A stretch of DNA of 63,590 nucleotides, filler included, from an uncultured Rhodopirellula sp. (GCA_964007735.1; 3 parts of 3 records of this genome joined end to end with filler, not necessarily neighbours in it), one strand, 5' to 3'. Positions 50,653 through 61,110 are shown, counted from the whole stretch's first letter. Program-made: numbers and translations. Notes: generated by a model from the sequence alone, not told the origin.

Positions 50653-51552
50653 TTAACGCGGTACGGAAATCCGCTGGCTCAATTGCAACGCTCGCTGATG
50701 CTTAGGCGACAGTGCCAGCGTCTGTTGGATTGCTAATACTGCGTCGGACATATTATTCGCAGCCGCATGCACTTCGGCCAATCGATAGTACGTCTCGATC
50801 TGGGGCCCACCCAGTTTTAACGCTAGTTCCAGTTTTTCCTGAGCATCCTTAAAACGCCCTAGTTCCTGTAAAGCAAGGGAGTGAATTTGATAAACCTGGA
50901 TCAATTGTTCGTCATCAATCCTGGTAATTGGAATCGTCGTAACGATACTCAAAGCATTTTGAAAGCGTTGCTGCTGAATGTAGATCTTGGCGACCTTCAT
51001 TTGCATCTCAACCTGCCTCTCAATATCGTCCTCATTAAGAATACCCAGAACAAAATGCAAATCTTCGAGAGCTTTTGAAGAAGCACCCTGCTCTGCATAA
51101 ATTTCTCCTCGTAAAACCCTCGCTTCGATCAACTGAGAATCACGGACAATCGAATGGTTCACCGCCTCTAACGCACGTTGCATATCTCCATACTGGAAAT
51201 TCAAATTCGCGAGTTTATATAACAAACTCGCATCATAATCCGATGCCTGTACTGCTCGCGCCATCTGGTTCATTGCACGCGTTTGATATCCGAGTTCCCA
51301 ATTACTTTCTGAAAGACGTTCAAAGATTACCGGATCATCCGGAGTCAATTCCGCGGCCTTTTGAAACTGTTCAATAGCGATCACATACTGTCCCGTCTTC
51401 ATCGCAGAATCACCTGCATGCATGAAAGAGCGGGATTTCCCCCAATCGCCGACAGAATTCTGGAGATTGAACCACTGACAACCCATCAACGAAAAACACA
51501 ACAGACCGACTGAGATCGGGTAGAAGAACAATTTGTCCGATTTCATTTTCAT
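50653..51552 (-). CDS. TPR-repeat putative lipoprotein
   Basis: Lipobox LMG-C and multiple TPR-like helices (AIEQFQKAAELTPDD, ARVLRGEIY, YYRLAEVH). Confidence 0.85.
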   Translation of the reverse strand: MKMKSDKLFFYPISVGLLCFSLMGCQWFNLQNSVGDWGKSRSFMHAGDSAMKTGQYVIAIEQFQKAAELTPDDPVIFERLSESNWELGYQTRAMNQMARAVQASDYDASLLYKLANLNFQYGDMQRALEAVNHSIVRDSQLIEARVLRGEIYAEQGASSKALEDLHFVLGILNEDDIERQVEMQMKVAKIYIQQQRFQNALSIVTTIPITRIDDEQLIQVYQIHSLALQELGRFKDAQEKLELALKLGGPQIETYYRLAEVHAAANNMSDAVLAIQQTLALSPKHQRALQLSQRISVPR

Positions 51553-51694
51553 CGGTTTATGTGAATCTCTAATTGTCAGATTTCGTTTTTAAGTAAAAAT
51601 GGGGAAAAGCCTTCAAAGGCTTGCTGCGGAAATTATCAAATTCCGTTGATATGAACAATATAGACTTAACCTCAATCTTCAATGTGCACTCAAT

Positions 51695-52144
51695 ATGCCC
51701 AACGTTTTTGACCAAGCTGATATTCGCTTTATTTACCCGGACAACTGGAAAGTAAGTGAAACACAGCTAGAAACCGAACACTGCAGAAGTATTTCATTGG
51801 AAAATAAGAACTCGACCCAATGGAGTGTTTTCATTTTCCCCGGGTCCGAGAACCTCGAAGAGCGTGTCGCCGAGACGATCCGCGCCATGCACATGGAATA
51901 CGAGGATCACGAGGAATCCGAACCTTATCGGCAAATGGCAGGCGATTTCGAATTGATCGGTAGTCGAATGTACTTCAACTTTATGGACTTTATCCTTTGC
52001 ATCACTGCCACAGCCATCGAGAAAGATGGTTATAGCTACCTGTTTGTAGCCGAGGCGGAAGATAGGGAATTTGACGAGAATGAGCCGGTATTCGGCGCAA
52101 TAGCCTTTAGCCTTTTATCCCCTCAAACACCCAATCCAAAGTAA
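51695..52144 (+). CDS. Conserved hypothetical acidic protein (possible PsbP/DcrB-like fold)
   Basis: 149-aa ORF whose IRFIYPDNWKV start and F.AI..S end resemble PsbP/Mog1-like proteins. Confidence 0.65.
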   Translation: MPNVFDQADIRFIYPDNWKVSETQLETEHCRSISLENKNSTQWSVFIFPGSENLEERVAETIRAMHMEYEDHEESEPYRQMAGDFELIGSRMYFNFMDFILCITATAIEKDGYSYLFVAEAEDREFDENEPVFGAIAFSLLSPQTPNPK

Positions 52145-52263
52145 AAAGCAGGTTTGGGCTCTTGTAACTTTTACATTTTGGGGTTTCCCCATCTGATGTA
52201 AAAATTACAATTCAGTTTTGAGTGAATTTGAAAATCTATTAAAAAAAAATAAAATGAATTTTG

Positions 52264-52363
52264 NNNNNNNNNNNNNNNNNNNNNNNNNNNNNNNNNNNNN
52301 NNNNNNNTTAATTAATTAANNNNNNNNNNNNNNNNNNNNNNNNNNNNNNNNNNNNNNNNNNNN
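52264..52363. other. Artificial contig linker (44 N + TTAATTAATTAA + 44 N)
   Basis: Identical to the linker at 26220. Confidence 0.98.
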
Positions 52364-52417
52364 TCCATCGGCTTTCCGCCTTCCATCGGCTTTCCGCCTT
52401 CCATCGGCTTTCCGCCT
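52364..52417. repeat. 18-bp perfect tandem repeat, at least 3 copies, encoding (EGGKPM)n on the minus strand
   Basis: TCCATCGGCTTTCCGCCT x3, abutting the N gap. Confidence 0.95.
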
Positions 52418-53205
52418 TGATCCTGTTTATCGGAATCATTGGAAGGTTCGTTTGGCTTGTTTTCTTGATCAGTATCACTGGACTCAGTTTCTTGAGTCTC
52501 TTCCGATTTATTATCCTTATCGCTCTTAGGATCATTTCCGGACTTCTCGCCAGGGTTTCCTTCCTGCTGACCTTCAGAATTGCCACTTTCTTCATTTTTT
52601 TTAATCTTGTCAGCTAAATCTCCAGTTTCGTTAGAGAGACGATCTTGTTCTTTCGCGATTCGCTCCGTATCTGCCCCCCCCTCGTTTTGTCCTTGGATGG
52701 CTCTCTGTTGCCGCAAAAGACGCTCTACATCACGAATATATTCCCGATATCGAGCTTTCTCCGTCTTTAGGCGATCCCCATCATCTTCGGTGATGAGAAG
52801 TTCAAGAATTCTGGCCAGTTGTGTTTGGACATCGGTCTGTTCGTCGACGGCTCTTTTTAGTTGATCCTGATTAAGAAGGCGTACGATTGATTGCAGTTGA
52901 GAAGTCGTCAGATTGTCTTTGGATTGTTTATATGCATCACGAAGTAAGGCGGCACGCTTAGGATTGTTCGCAGCTTCAAACTCAGCCATGCGAAGGATGA
53001 GTTCCTCAATCCGTCTATACTTTTCAGCAATTTTACTTTGCTGTAACGCTAAATCGGTGGTTCCGGACGGCGCTGCTTCCTGCAGACTTGGTGGAGTTGG
53101 ATCTGTTGCGTTGGATTCTTGGGATAAAGAGATTGTTGGGATGCTAAACGCAGCGAATAGCATTAACAAACCTGTTGCCAATCGTTGAATTCTGCGGCTC
53201 ATCAT
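52364..53205 (-). CDS. Exported coiled-coil protein with a low-complexity linker, truncated by the contig edge
   Basis: Signal peptide after MMSRRIQ (GAGG RBS), Q/E-rich coiled coil, then an S/D/E/K/G-rich disordered tract and GGKPME repeats. Confidence 0.8.
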
Positions 53206-53424
53206 TTTGCCTCGCGTTAAAGACTTAATTTTTCGTTGAAAAAACAACGATGCTCATATCTGGTGAGGTGCTTCAGCGTGACTGTCCATACATGGCATGG
53301 AATCGGCTCAACGACTGAATAAATTTTATCTAACAATACAGGAAGCTAAGGTTTCAAGTCTATTTTAGTTCCGATTGCTATCGCCCTTATTGACGTGGTT
53401 TGTAGGTGCAAACACACGCTCGTT

Positions 53425-55995
53425 CTATTTTAGCAGATCAAGCACTTGCTTCTTCCGTTCGTCTTTTGTCTTTTCGTTTATTTCTTCCTGATCAGTAATT
53501 AGATCACGTATTAAATCGATTAATTCGTTGTAGGTTTCCAGTTCAAGCATGTTGTCCAAAATTGCATTCATTTGCACGAGGATCACATCCGCCTGAGTCA
53601 ATGCTTTGGCAGCAGCATCTACGCTTTCATTGTCTGTTTCCAGTGATTTTTCATAAGTCAGTAACTTGTCATCTAAATCCGGAAACTCGACAGTACTTAC
53701 GTGTTTTAGAGGATCGGCAATTAACTCTTTTAAGCGATCTTTTCGGTCTTGTGTATCGACACGGTTGTTTATCAGTTGCAAGCGGATGTCTTCAAATGAT
53801 ACAGCCACGCCCAGCGATTCCTGATTTGACTTTTGGCTCTGTACGATAGCTCGCTGTACCCGCAATAATCGCAAGCTTTCTTCCCGCTTTTGTTTTTGCT
53901 CAGCATTTAGCTCATCTTCCTCATTGTCTTCAGGTTCATTGCCGACATCGGAATCGACAGTTCCTTGAGAGCTTTCCAATACCTGAGCCAGAGAGTCTCG
54001 CATTTCCTGAACTTCTGCAAGAATAAGCTCGTAACGTTGACGGAGTGAAAGTTCCTGTCGTTCCAGAATGGCGAGTAATTGTTGATCTGTAACGATATCT
54101 AGTGAGAATTGGCTACTAGTACCAATGTTAGGATCGCCCTCGAGGTCATATTTGTCATTCGCCTGAATTGACAGTGTAATTGTTGACTCTGGTTTTAACT
54201 CGGTTGACTCGTCTTCGGCTCTTTGCGCTCGCAAGTCTAATGGGGTTTGCAGTTCTTCACCATTCTCAATTGGCAAAGGAAACTTCATGGCATCGCCTTC
54301 CTGTGGTTCAAGGTTGAACCAGCTGGAGGAGACACCATAGTCATCCGTGACTTTACCCTTGATGGGGATAATTGCATTAGGAGTGATGGCTGAGCCGATT
54401 CCTTGGAGACGAATGTCTAAGTTAGGTGATTGATCAGTAATCGCCCCGATTGAAATGACATAGGGATCTGTTGAAATGATTTCATCCTGATCGTATAGCG
54501 AGACCGTTAGGGCCACGTCGTTATATAAAGGTGTCACTGGAAATATGAGTTGTGTTTCAGAGGTTGCCAGACTGATCAGAATTCGCGTTCCGTCTTGAGT
54601 GAAGCCTTCGATGACGGCACCGGAAGTGAGTACTTCCCCTTTTTCATCTAATCCGCACAGTACGCCGTTCTCGGTCGAGAGCTGAAGTTGTTCGCCGTCA
54701 ATATTTGTTATGCCCGCAAGCAGGTCCTTAGTTAAAGAGGTTGGTTCTGTTTCGGGAGCGGACGAGCTGACCAAAACAGCTAACTCTAATTTCTTTTCAC
54801 TACGAATGTCTTGGTGAGTGAGGTACCCTGCCCGATACTGTGCAGTCAATGGGTCGCTGATGTGGATTTGCTGTAGAGGTTTATTAGCTTCCAGATTGAT
54901 CCGGAGATTTGTTCCAAATGGCAATGCGGTGCGTCCGGCAATCCATGGCTGGTCAGTGAATGGAAGTTTCTCGGTATAGGCCGGGTATTCATAATCCAAA
55001 GTGACATCCTGTATTTGAGGACTGTCAACCACGTCGATGAAGAACGGGCCGATTCGATGGTCGTTACCCACGACTTCAAATTCGAGACTTCCGGTAATAC
55101 CGCTGAGTGGATTGTCATCCAGGACGAATGTTTGATCGCCATTGGTGGCAATGCCTTCTTTGTTTAGATTGCGTCTTCCTGAAACCCCGTCCTCTGTTTC
55201 GTAGTAAAGGACGCAGCTCCCCGGGATATCCTTGTTTCCATTTGCGTTTACCAATAATCTCAGAGTGGCACCTGTAGCAACTTTGACGCGGCTATCTTCG
55301 AATGTCTTTTGTTCGTTAATGCCAAAGGTGAAGCCGCTAAAGTTTTCTCGGATGACAGTGATGCCAACTAATTCGATCTGGGTTTTGCGTTCCCATTTTT
55401 CAGGGGACAGCATGTAGAGGCGTTTCAGGGCCAGACTGGTCATGGATGCATTGTTTAAGCCCAATAAAACAACCGAGAGAGTCAGGCAGATGGCCAGAGC
55501 TAAACGCTTTAGGAGCAGGCGAGTATTAAACACCTCGTTGACATTGATTGAATCAATCGAGGCCAGGGCTAACAATGACGTTTCAGAAAGCATTTCCGGA
55601 CTAAATCCATCGTGACTTTGATTGTCTTGACGAGGTTTTAGGGTGACGGTTGTAACCAGTGCGTCCTGTAGCTTGTCAAAGCGTCGTTCCAGAAGTAAAG
55701 CTAAGGAACGGTCGTTGAATTGGACAAATGCCCTTTGTCCTACAAAGCGATAGAGAATATAGGCCAGAACGCTTCCAACTAAAACCAGTAAGCCTCCCCG
55801 AACACTTTGACTTAGTTCGTTGGCTCCGGCTAAAACTGGCAGGTAATCGATCGCCAGTCCGAGCCAGAACATGACTCCCAGCCAAACAGTCGCCAGACTA
55901 AGGCCTTCAATCCAGACGTACAAACGAATGCGTGAACGCAGACGCTGTAGTGTCCCGCGTATTCTTGGATCGATTTGTTGAGTTTCATTATCCAT
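53425..55995 (-). CDS. Membrane protein with Ig-like middle and coiled-coil C-terminus (DUF4175-like)
   Basis: N-terminal TMs, LALLLERRFDKLQDALVTTV, YEYPAYT, D..P.L.I...DDYGV, and a long C-terminal heptad region. Confidence 0.7.
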   Translation of the reverse strand: MDNETQQIDPRIRGTLQRLRSRIRLYVWIEGLSLATVWLGVMFWLGLAIDYLPVLAGANELSQSVRGGLLVLVGSVLAYILYRFVGQRAFVQFNDRSLALLLERRFDKLQDALVTTVTLKPRQDNQSHDGFSPEMLSETSLLALASIDSINVNEVFNTRLLLKRLALAICLTLSVVLLGLNNASMTSLALKRLYMLSPEKWERKTQIELVGITVIRENFSGFTFGINEQKTFEDSRVKVATGATLRLLVNANGNKDIPGSCVLYYETEDGVSGRRNLNKEGIATNGDQTFVLDDNPLSGITGSLEFEVVGNDHRIGPFFIDVVDSPQIQDVTLDYEYPAYTEKLPFTDQPWIAGRTALPFGTNLRINLEANKPLQQIHISDPLTAQYRAGYLTHQDIRSEKKLELAVLVSSSAPETEPTSLTKDLLAGITNIDGEQLQLSTENGVLCGLDEKGEVLTSGAVIEGFTQDGTRILISLATSETQLIFPVTPLYNDVALTVSLYDQDEIISTDPYVISIGAITDQSPNLDIRLQGIGSAITPNAIIPIKGKVTDDYGVSSSWFNLEPQEGDAMKFPLPIENGEELQTPLDLRAQRAEDESTELKPESTITLSIQANDKYDLEGDPNIGTSSQFSLDIVTDQQLLAILERQELSLRQRYELILAEVQEMRDSLAQVLESSQGTVDSDVGNEPEDNEEDELNAEQKQKREESLRLLRVQRAIVQSQKSNQESLGVAVSFEDIRLQLINNRVDTQDRKDRLKELIADPLKHVSTVEFPDLDDKLLTYEKSLETDNESVDAAAKALTQADVILVQMNAILDNMLELETYNELIDLIRDLITDQEEINEKTKDERKKQVLDLLK

Positions 55996-56013
55996 GGTTT
56001 GTTCAGTTGTATA

Positions 56014-58758
56014 TTAGGCCAGTTTGCAAAGGCGTCGGATTACCCATTCCACACACAGGATTCCACTGATGATCGCGATGAGCCAGCCCATTAACATTTC
56101 TTCAAACTCTTTGTCAGGTGTTCCCGGTAATTCAGTTTCCAGATCTCTTGCAGCGATACTTTGGCTTAATGACGTTCCCTCTTCATTATTAGACGTTGCT
56201 GACGTGCTGGGAATTCCCACAAAGTAGCCGCCACTGGTTTGTTCGGCGGCGTGAGACAACAGAGCATCATTTCGACGCGGGTTTTCAATCTCAAGCTGTG
56301 GAACCCGAACTCTTACGTCACGGGTTAATAAATCGGCAGATCCGGGCAATGGTACTTCGACACGGTAATCACCTTCCTGTGTTGCCACAAATTGCCCCGT
56401 ATACATTCCCTCACGCGACCCGTCGGACAGTAACTTCAATTGAATAGCATTTCGTCGCCCATCCGGTTGTACCAAAGTAGCATCGACAGTGTCTGCTGTT
56501 AGCGGATCATGCTGCGCATCGGTTAGCACTGCTTGAATTGTGACGTGCTCGCCTAAAAACGTCCGATCTTTGTCGACTAATAGGACACCTCGTGTTGAGT
56601 CTCGCAGTAATCGTCCCTGCGACACCCAGCGGATCAGCTTGGTATAGTACTTCTCAAAGTAGGCTTCTTCGATACTCCGCAGACGCCACATTTCCCCACT
56701 GGCCTGGAAGAAGACCCTCCCGGCCCCGTAGAAATGACCGGCCATATAAATCGGTAGTTCATCATCGATAGCCGTGTCCGGGTCGGAGAAGCGTGCATAG
56801 ACTTTGGCTCCCGGTTTAGGATCTTTTGCTTTATAATAACCGTATATTCCGTCGAATGAAGCCCAGGCCTGCTCGCTGCCAAGTTGGCTGTTGTCCAACC
56901 ATAAGAACTCGGCACTAAGTCCTTCATCGGAAAATTGAATTGGCCAGGCTGTGTCGCCACCAAACCGACCGAGGCTCAGTGTGACTCCGCCTTGATTATA
57001 AAAGACAACAGGATATAGATTTTTAACCAGATCGATGCCGCGTCGCCGTCCTCGTCGCATACGGGACCATTCCGGTGTGAAGACCGGACCGGCCACCACA
57101 AAAAGGCCACCTGCTTCTTCAGAAACCCAACGCTCCACCAATTCGATTTGGCCATCATCCAAGGCTTCCCAATCGGGATCGAATGCTACAATGGCATCGT
57201 AATCATAGAGTTCTTCATCCAATTGAGGAAAGTCATAAATAACTTCGTCTGCTTCCTGACTAATCGTATCCTTTGCTGTTTGTAGATGGACGTGTACTTC
57301 GACTTCTTCATCTCGAAATAGCATGTTCCTAAGGAAGCGATATTCACGTGTTGGACCACCCGCAATAACCAGAATTTTGGTACGCCTATCCACGATCTCA
57401 ACGGTGGCACTTCGCTGATTGTCACGTGCATTGCGGTCATCGGCCGGAGTCTGGACGCGAATCACGTAATCGCGTTTGCCCTGAATGCTTTCATCCGGTT
57501 CTAACTCGAATTCGACAGGACGGGTTTCTCCATCTTTAGCCAAATCAAGCTGTATTTGATCCTCGATTTTGTCCTGTGACATATCGTCTCGCGTCAGATT
57601 AACCGGTCGACTGACGAGATCAACGGTGACACTGCGGTTCTCAATTCCGTAGGCCTGTACATATCCAGTAATCTTAAAGCTGTCGCCGGGATAGACTCTT
57701 TCCGGCGCTTCGATATCGACCACCCGTACATTTTTGGCCTGTTCATTACTGCCAATGCCAACAGGATAAAGTGGAATATTGTATGTCCGAGCAGTCCTGA
57801 TCGCGATTTCTATATCTTCGCCGGAATTACTACGCCCATCGGTGTAAATGACGACACCTGCGATTGGTCCTCCCCGCTCTTTATTAACCAGAAACTGAAT
57901 GGCATCACCCATTCGTGTTTTACTTCCGCGCGGCAATAGCGTTGTATTCCAGTCGATTTGGGGCATTTCAACGTCCTTGTCAGAAGTAGTCACTTCACGG
58001 GAGAAATCGGGGTTCGTTATCCCTAAGGTATCGGTGAAAGAAAGTTGAGGATGCCGGAGGTTGCCGACAGCGATCACAATGAGACCAGAGATTACACAAA
58101 CCATGCTGGCTAGTAATGACCAGGAGGATGTTTCAGACTGATCTTTCTTGCGGCCTTTAGTGAGGTAGAAGAGTATCGCCAGAATAGCGACGACAATTAA
58201 GCCAAGACCGATCTTTACCAGATTACGAACCGACTGAATTACCTGATCCGATAGCTGAGAGGCATTGCTTGAATTAAGTCTTGCAACACGGGGGAAGGTT
58301 GCGATTTCGACAGGTCTGCTCTCTTCACTAAAACGATGGACAATCACATCATGTTTTTGACGGAATGTTTCCAGAGTTGGCCCGTCGGTAAATTCATTGA
58401 TGACGTGATTGATTCGGGCTAATCGTTGTTCGTCCGAATCGTCAGTTAGGCCCATGCTTTGGCTGGTGTCGACCAATACATGAACACGTGAGTTCTTAAT
58501 GATCGATTCTTCGGTCACTCGTTCCAGATTAAAGAAGTAAAACAGAATACCTAACAGGGCAAAACAACGTAAGACGATCAGAGTGACCGCCGTCGATTTG
58601 CGTAATTCCTGAGTATCACGTTTGTAGATCCACACCACATAAGCGGCAAAAGCAAGGCAAATCAGGACTAATACCAGCCAATGCCATGCTTCGGTGAGCG
58701 TGTTGACCCGAGTGAATTGAAAGTGAGTTTGTTTTGCTTGAGCCCAAAGTTGCATCAT
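56014..58758 (-). CDS. Membrane vWA-domain protein with Ig-like and GATase-like domains
   Basis: MIDAS VLVDTSQSM...T...YTDG, REYRFLRNML.RD, YDAIVAFD..W, WV....GGL, YGAGRVF, and C-terminal EWVIRR. Confidence 0.85.
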   Translation of the reverse strand: MMQLWAQAKQTHFQFTRVNTLTEAWHWLVLVLICLAFAAYVVWIYKRDTQELRKSTAVTLIVLRCFALLGILFYFFNLERVTEESIIKNSRVHVLVDTSQSMGLTDDSDEQRLARINHVINEFTDGPTLETFRQKHDVIVHRFSEESRPVEIATFPRVARLNSSNASQLSDQVIQSVRNLVKIGLGLIVVAILAILFYLTKGRKKDQSETSSWSLLASMVCVISGLIVIAVGNLRHPQLSFTDTLGITNPDFSREVTTSDKDVEMPQIDWNTTLLPRGSKTRMGDAIQFLVNKERGGPIAGVVIYTDGRSNSGEDIEIAIRTARTYNIPLYPVGIGSNEQAKNVRVVDIEAPERVYPGDSFKITGYVQAYGIENRSVTVDLVSRPVNLTRDDMSQDKIEDQIQLDLAKDGETRPVEFELEPDESIQGKRDYVIRVQTPADDRNARDNQRSATVEIVDRRTKILVIAGGPTREYRFLRNMLFRDEEVEVHVHLQTAKDTISQEADEVIYDFPQLDEELYDYDAIVAFDPDWEALDDGQIELVERWVSEEAGGLFVVAGPVFTPEWSRMRRGRRRGIDLVKNLYPVVFYNQGGVTLSLGRFGGDTAWPIQFSDEGLSAEFLWLDNSQLGSEQAWASFDGIYGYYKAKDPKPGAKVYARFSDPDTAIDDELPIYMAGHFYGAGRVFFQASGEMWRLRSIEEAYFEKYYTKLIRWVSQGRLLRDSTRGVLLVDKDRTFLGEHVTIQAVLTDAQHDPLTADTVDATLVQPDGRRNAIQLKLLSDGSREGMYTGQFVATQEGDYRVEVPLPGSADLLTRDVRVRVPQLEIENPRRNDALLSHAAEQTSGGYFVGIPSTSATSNNEEGTSLSQSIAARDLETELPGTPDKEFEEMLMGWLIAIISGILCVEWVIRRLCKLA

Positions 58759-61091
58759 GGTGCTGTACCCCCTTTAGGCGTGTGATAGCTCAGGAGATAT
58801 GCAAAGAATTGCTCGCCAATCAGGCCGAGGAGCAAAATGAGCATTAGCCAGAAACTAGCCGTTCCACCAATGTTTGAAGTAGCACTTCCTTGAAATGCAT
58901 CCAAATCAGACAATTGGATTGCGATGGGCTCCAGTGATGAAACTAGTTGCTCTCGGTCAATTCGCGCTGTATCGCCTTCACTTGCGTTGACGTTGAGTGC
59001 ATACCGTGAATCTTCGAATGAACCGTCATTCCGCTGTGTAATGATATCGTAGATTCCGCTAGTGGAAGTCCCCGTTGTCGTTGCCGATGGCTTGGTGCCA
59101 CCGAAGACGGCATTCATTACAGGGGATTGTGGATCCGTCGTAACCGCCTGAATAGTCTCAATCGGTCGGGTTGTGGCTTCGCCCCCGGGAGTGATTATCG
59201 TTACATCTTGAGTATATCGTTGTAGATCCAATGCGATCTTGAGCTCTGTACCAACCGGCCAGCGGTCTAGGATTCGTTGGTTAGATGTTAAATGAGCATG
59301 TAATTTAAGAATAACAACAACGAAGCTGGGGTCTTGTCCCCAATTATTCCATTCAGGATTTAACGTCGTGGTAAAGCAAGCAACCCGACCATTTCCGAAT
59401 TGCTGTTCCACAGCAAAGGGTTGTTGATTATGCAATTTGCAAATGATACGTGCTGTTGAATCCTCTGCCGGTTCCCACTGGGGCGAAACCTGTAAATACT
59501 GGTCGATTTGGACTCGGCGAATCAAGGGATTGCGTTCGTTGAGAAAGAAGTCGAAAACGGGATGGTCGATGATTTCTAGATGGGGGGTCGCTTCGTCCAG
59601 CGGAGGTACCAGAATGGCCGGCCCTGCAAATTCCACGGGCATCAGCCCTTCCCCATTTCGATAAAGATTTTCATTGAAAAAGTTGATATCGATCTGTTCT
59701 CCGGCAAACCAGGCGAGTCCCCCGCCTCGACTCACGTATTGCTCAAGATTGACAATTGCATCACCATCGAGTCGGCTTACGTCCATGAGATAAATGGCGC
59801 TATATTTTGAAAGTGCTTCGGCTGGTGTGTCACGCAGGAATTCAACCGGTTGGACATCGGGGATAATACCGGTGTTTGTTAGCTGGCTAGGACGGAAGAC
59901 ACTGGTGATGAAATACTGGTTTCGCAGGTCGGATGTCCCGTCGATAAGCAGAACATTATCGCCTTCCGGGAAGTCCAGAACTGTGTAACGGGAGTTGTCT
60001 GTGAGTATTGAATCTTCTGGTAATTCAGCGTCAACCACGTGCTGTCCCGCTTCGGGGAAAAAGACTTGTACTCGTTTACTGGCCGTCATTCCCGGTTCTA
60101 TATTCTCAAAGACAACGATAGGCAATTCTTCAATTTGTCCAGTGACTTCCCCTGATTCAGCCGCCTGCACCGTCCCTTTCGCATGGAAGATTGAGCGCAT
60201 TTTGACCTGCACATTGGTAGCCGGCTCCGTACCATAGTTCTTGACTCGCAGATGCATGAACAAAGGAACACCTGCTGCTCGCGTGTCGTCTGCTGGGACA
60301 AGTTCTGTAATAGCCAGGTTCGTGTTGCCCGACTCAACACAGTCGACCAGGTGTATTTCTTCACTTTCCGCACTCAAGCCGGCGAGCGTTTCTTTGACCT
60401 CCGCAGGATTTTCCCAGTCCTGAACACGGAAGTCCGAAACGAGGTAGATGTTGCGGTGTTGGTTGGAGCTTTTAGCGACCAATGTTTGCAGTAATTGTAA
60501 TGCTTTTAATGGGCCGGCGTCCGTTTGCGTCATGACAATGTCTTTTTGACGCTCAGAGAGTCGGCCGGGGAAGTCGCTGTCGACAAACGCTCCGGAAAAA
60601 TCGGCAATCGCCGCAATGTCGGCGTCGGAATTGTTCTCCGCTTCAGAGACGGTTAATTCTCCGGCTTTGGAAAATCGCAGCAAGGTAAAGCGTTGATTGC
60701 TGCGTTCACTGGCCTGAGTACCAATGCGACCGACAATTGACAGTGCGCGATCAAACGCAGTGTTTCCATTGGCGAGTTCACCCATGGAGAAGCTGTCGTC
60801 AAGCAAAATGAAGTGATGGGTTTCTTTGCCGCCGAACCGCGTTAGCCAACTTTTGCCCGGATCCCATTGCGCTAACATCGCCACGATTAAACCAATGATA
60901 AACACTCGTAATAGCAACAATAGGAGTTGTTTCAGCCAGACCCAACGCCGATGTTTTTTATAGCTGGCAAGCAAGAACTCCATGGCTGCCCATTCGACAC
61001 GTTTGTGACGCATCATGTTGATCAGGTGAATCAACAATGGCAACAGAGCTAGTAGGAAGCCCCACGTTAATGCTTGGTAAGTGAAATTCAT
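58755..61091 (-). CDS. BatA N-terminal + vWA domain membrane protein
   Basis: LPLLIHLIN....VEWAAMEFL...LLLLLR (BatA domain), LLDDSFSM MIDAS, YLVSDF, a CARDB-like Ig, a GATase-like segment and a C-terminal TM. Confidence 0.9.
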   Translation of the reverse strand: MNFTYQALTWGFLLALLPLLIHLINMMRHKRVEWAAMEFLLASYKKHRRWVWLKQLLLLLLRVFIIGLIVAMLAQWDPGKSWLTRFGGKETHHFILLDDSFSMGELANGNTAFDRALSIVGRIGTQASERSNQRFTLLRFSKAGELTVSEAENNSDADIAAIADFSGAFVDSDFPGRLSERQKDIVMTQTDAGPLKALQLLQTLVAKSSNQHRNIYLVSDFRVQDWENPAEVKETLAGLSAESEEIHLVDCVESGNTNLAITELVPADDTRAAGVPLFMHLRVKNYGTEPATNVQVKMRSIFHAKGTVQAAESGEVTGQIEELPIVVFENIEPGMTASKRVQVFFPEAGQHVVDAELPEDSILTDNSRYTVLDFPEGDNVLLIDGTSDLRNQYFITSVFRPSQLTNTGIIPDVQPVEFLRDTPAEALSKYSAIYLMDVSRLDGDAIVNLEQYVSRGGGLAWFAGEQIDINFFNENLYRNGEGLMPVEFAGPAILVPPLDEATPHLEIIDHPVFDFFLNERNPLIRRVQIDQYLQVSPQWEPAEDSTARIICKLHNQQPFAVEQQFGNGRVACFTTTLNPEWNNWGQDPSFVVVILKLHAHLTSNQRILDRWPVGTELKIALDLQRYTQDVTIITPGGEATTRPIETIQAVTTDPQSPVMNAVFGGTKPSATTTGTSTSGIYDIITQRNDGSFEDSRYALNVNASEGDTARIDREQLVSSLEPIAIQLSDLDAFQGSATSNIGGTASFWLMLILLLGLIGEQFFAYLLSYHTPKGGTAP

Positions 61092-61110
61092 CAGTTAATT
61101 CGATAGATCC

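Noticed and set aside
52364..52417. Possible CRISPR array
   Set aside because: Contiguous 18-bp units without spacers, in frame within a CDS, and no cas genes in the window.
52308..52595. 95-aa ORF with KAESRW repeats
   Set aside because: Alternative frame of the 18-bp repeat inside the real coiled-coil gene.
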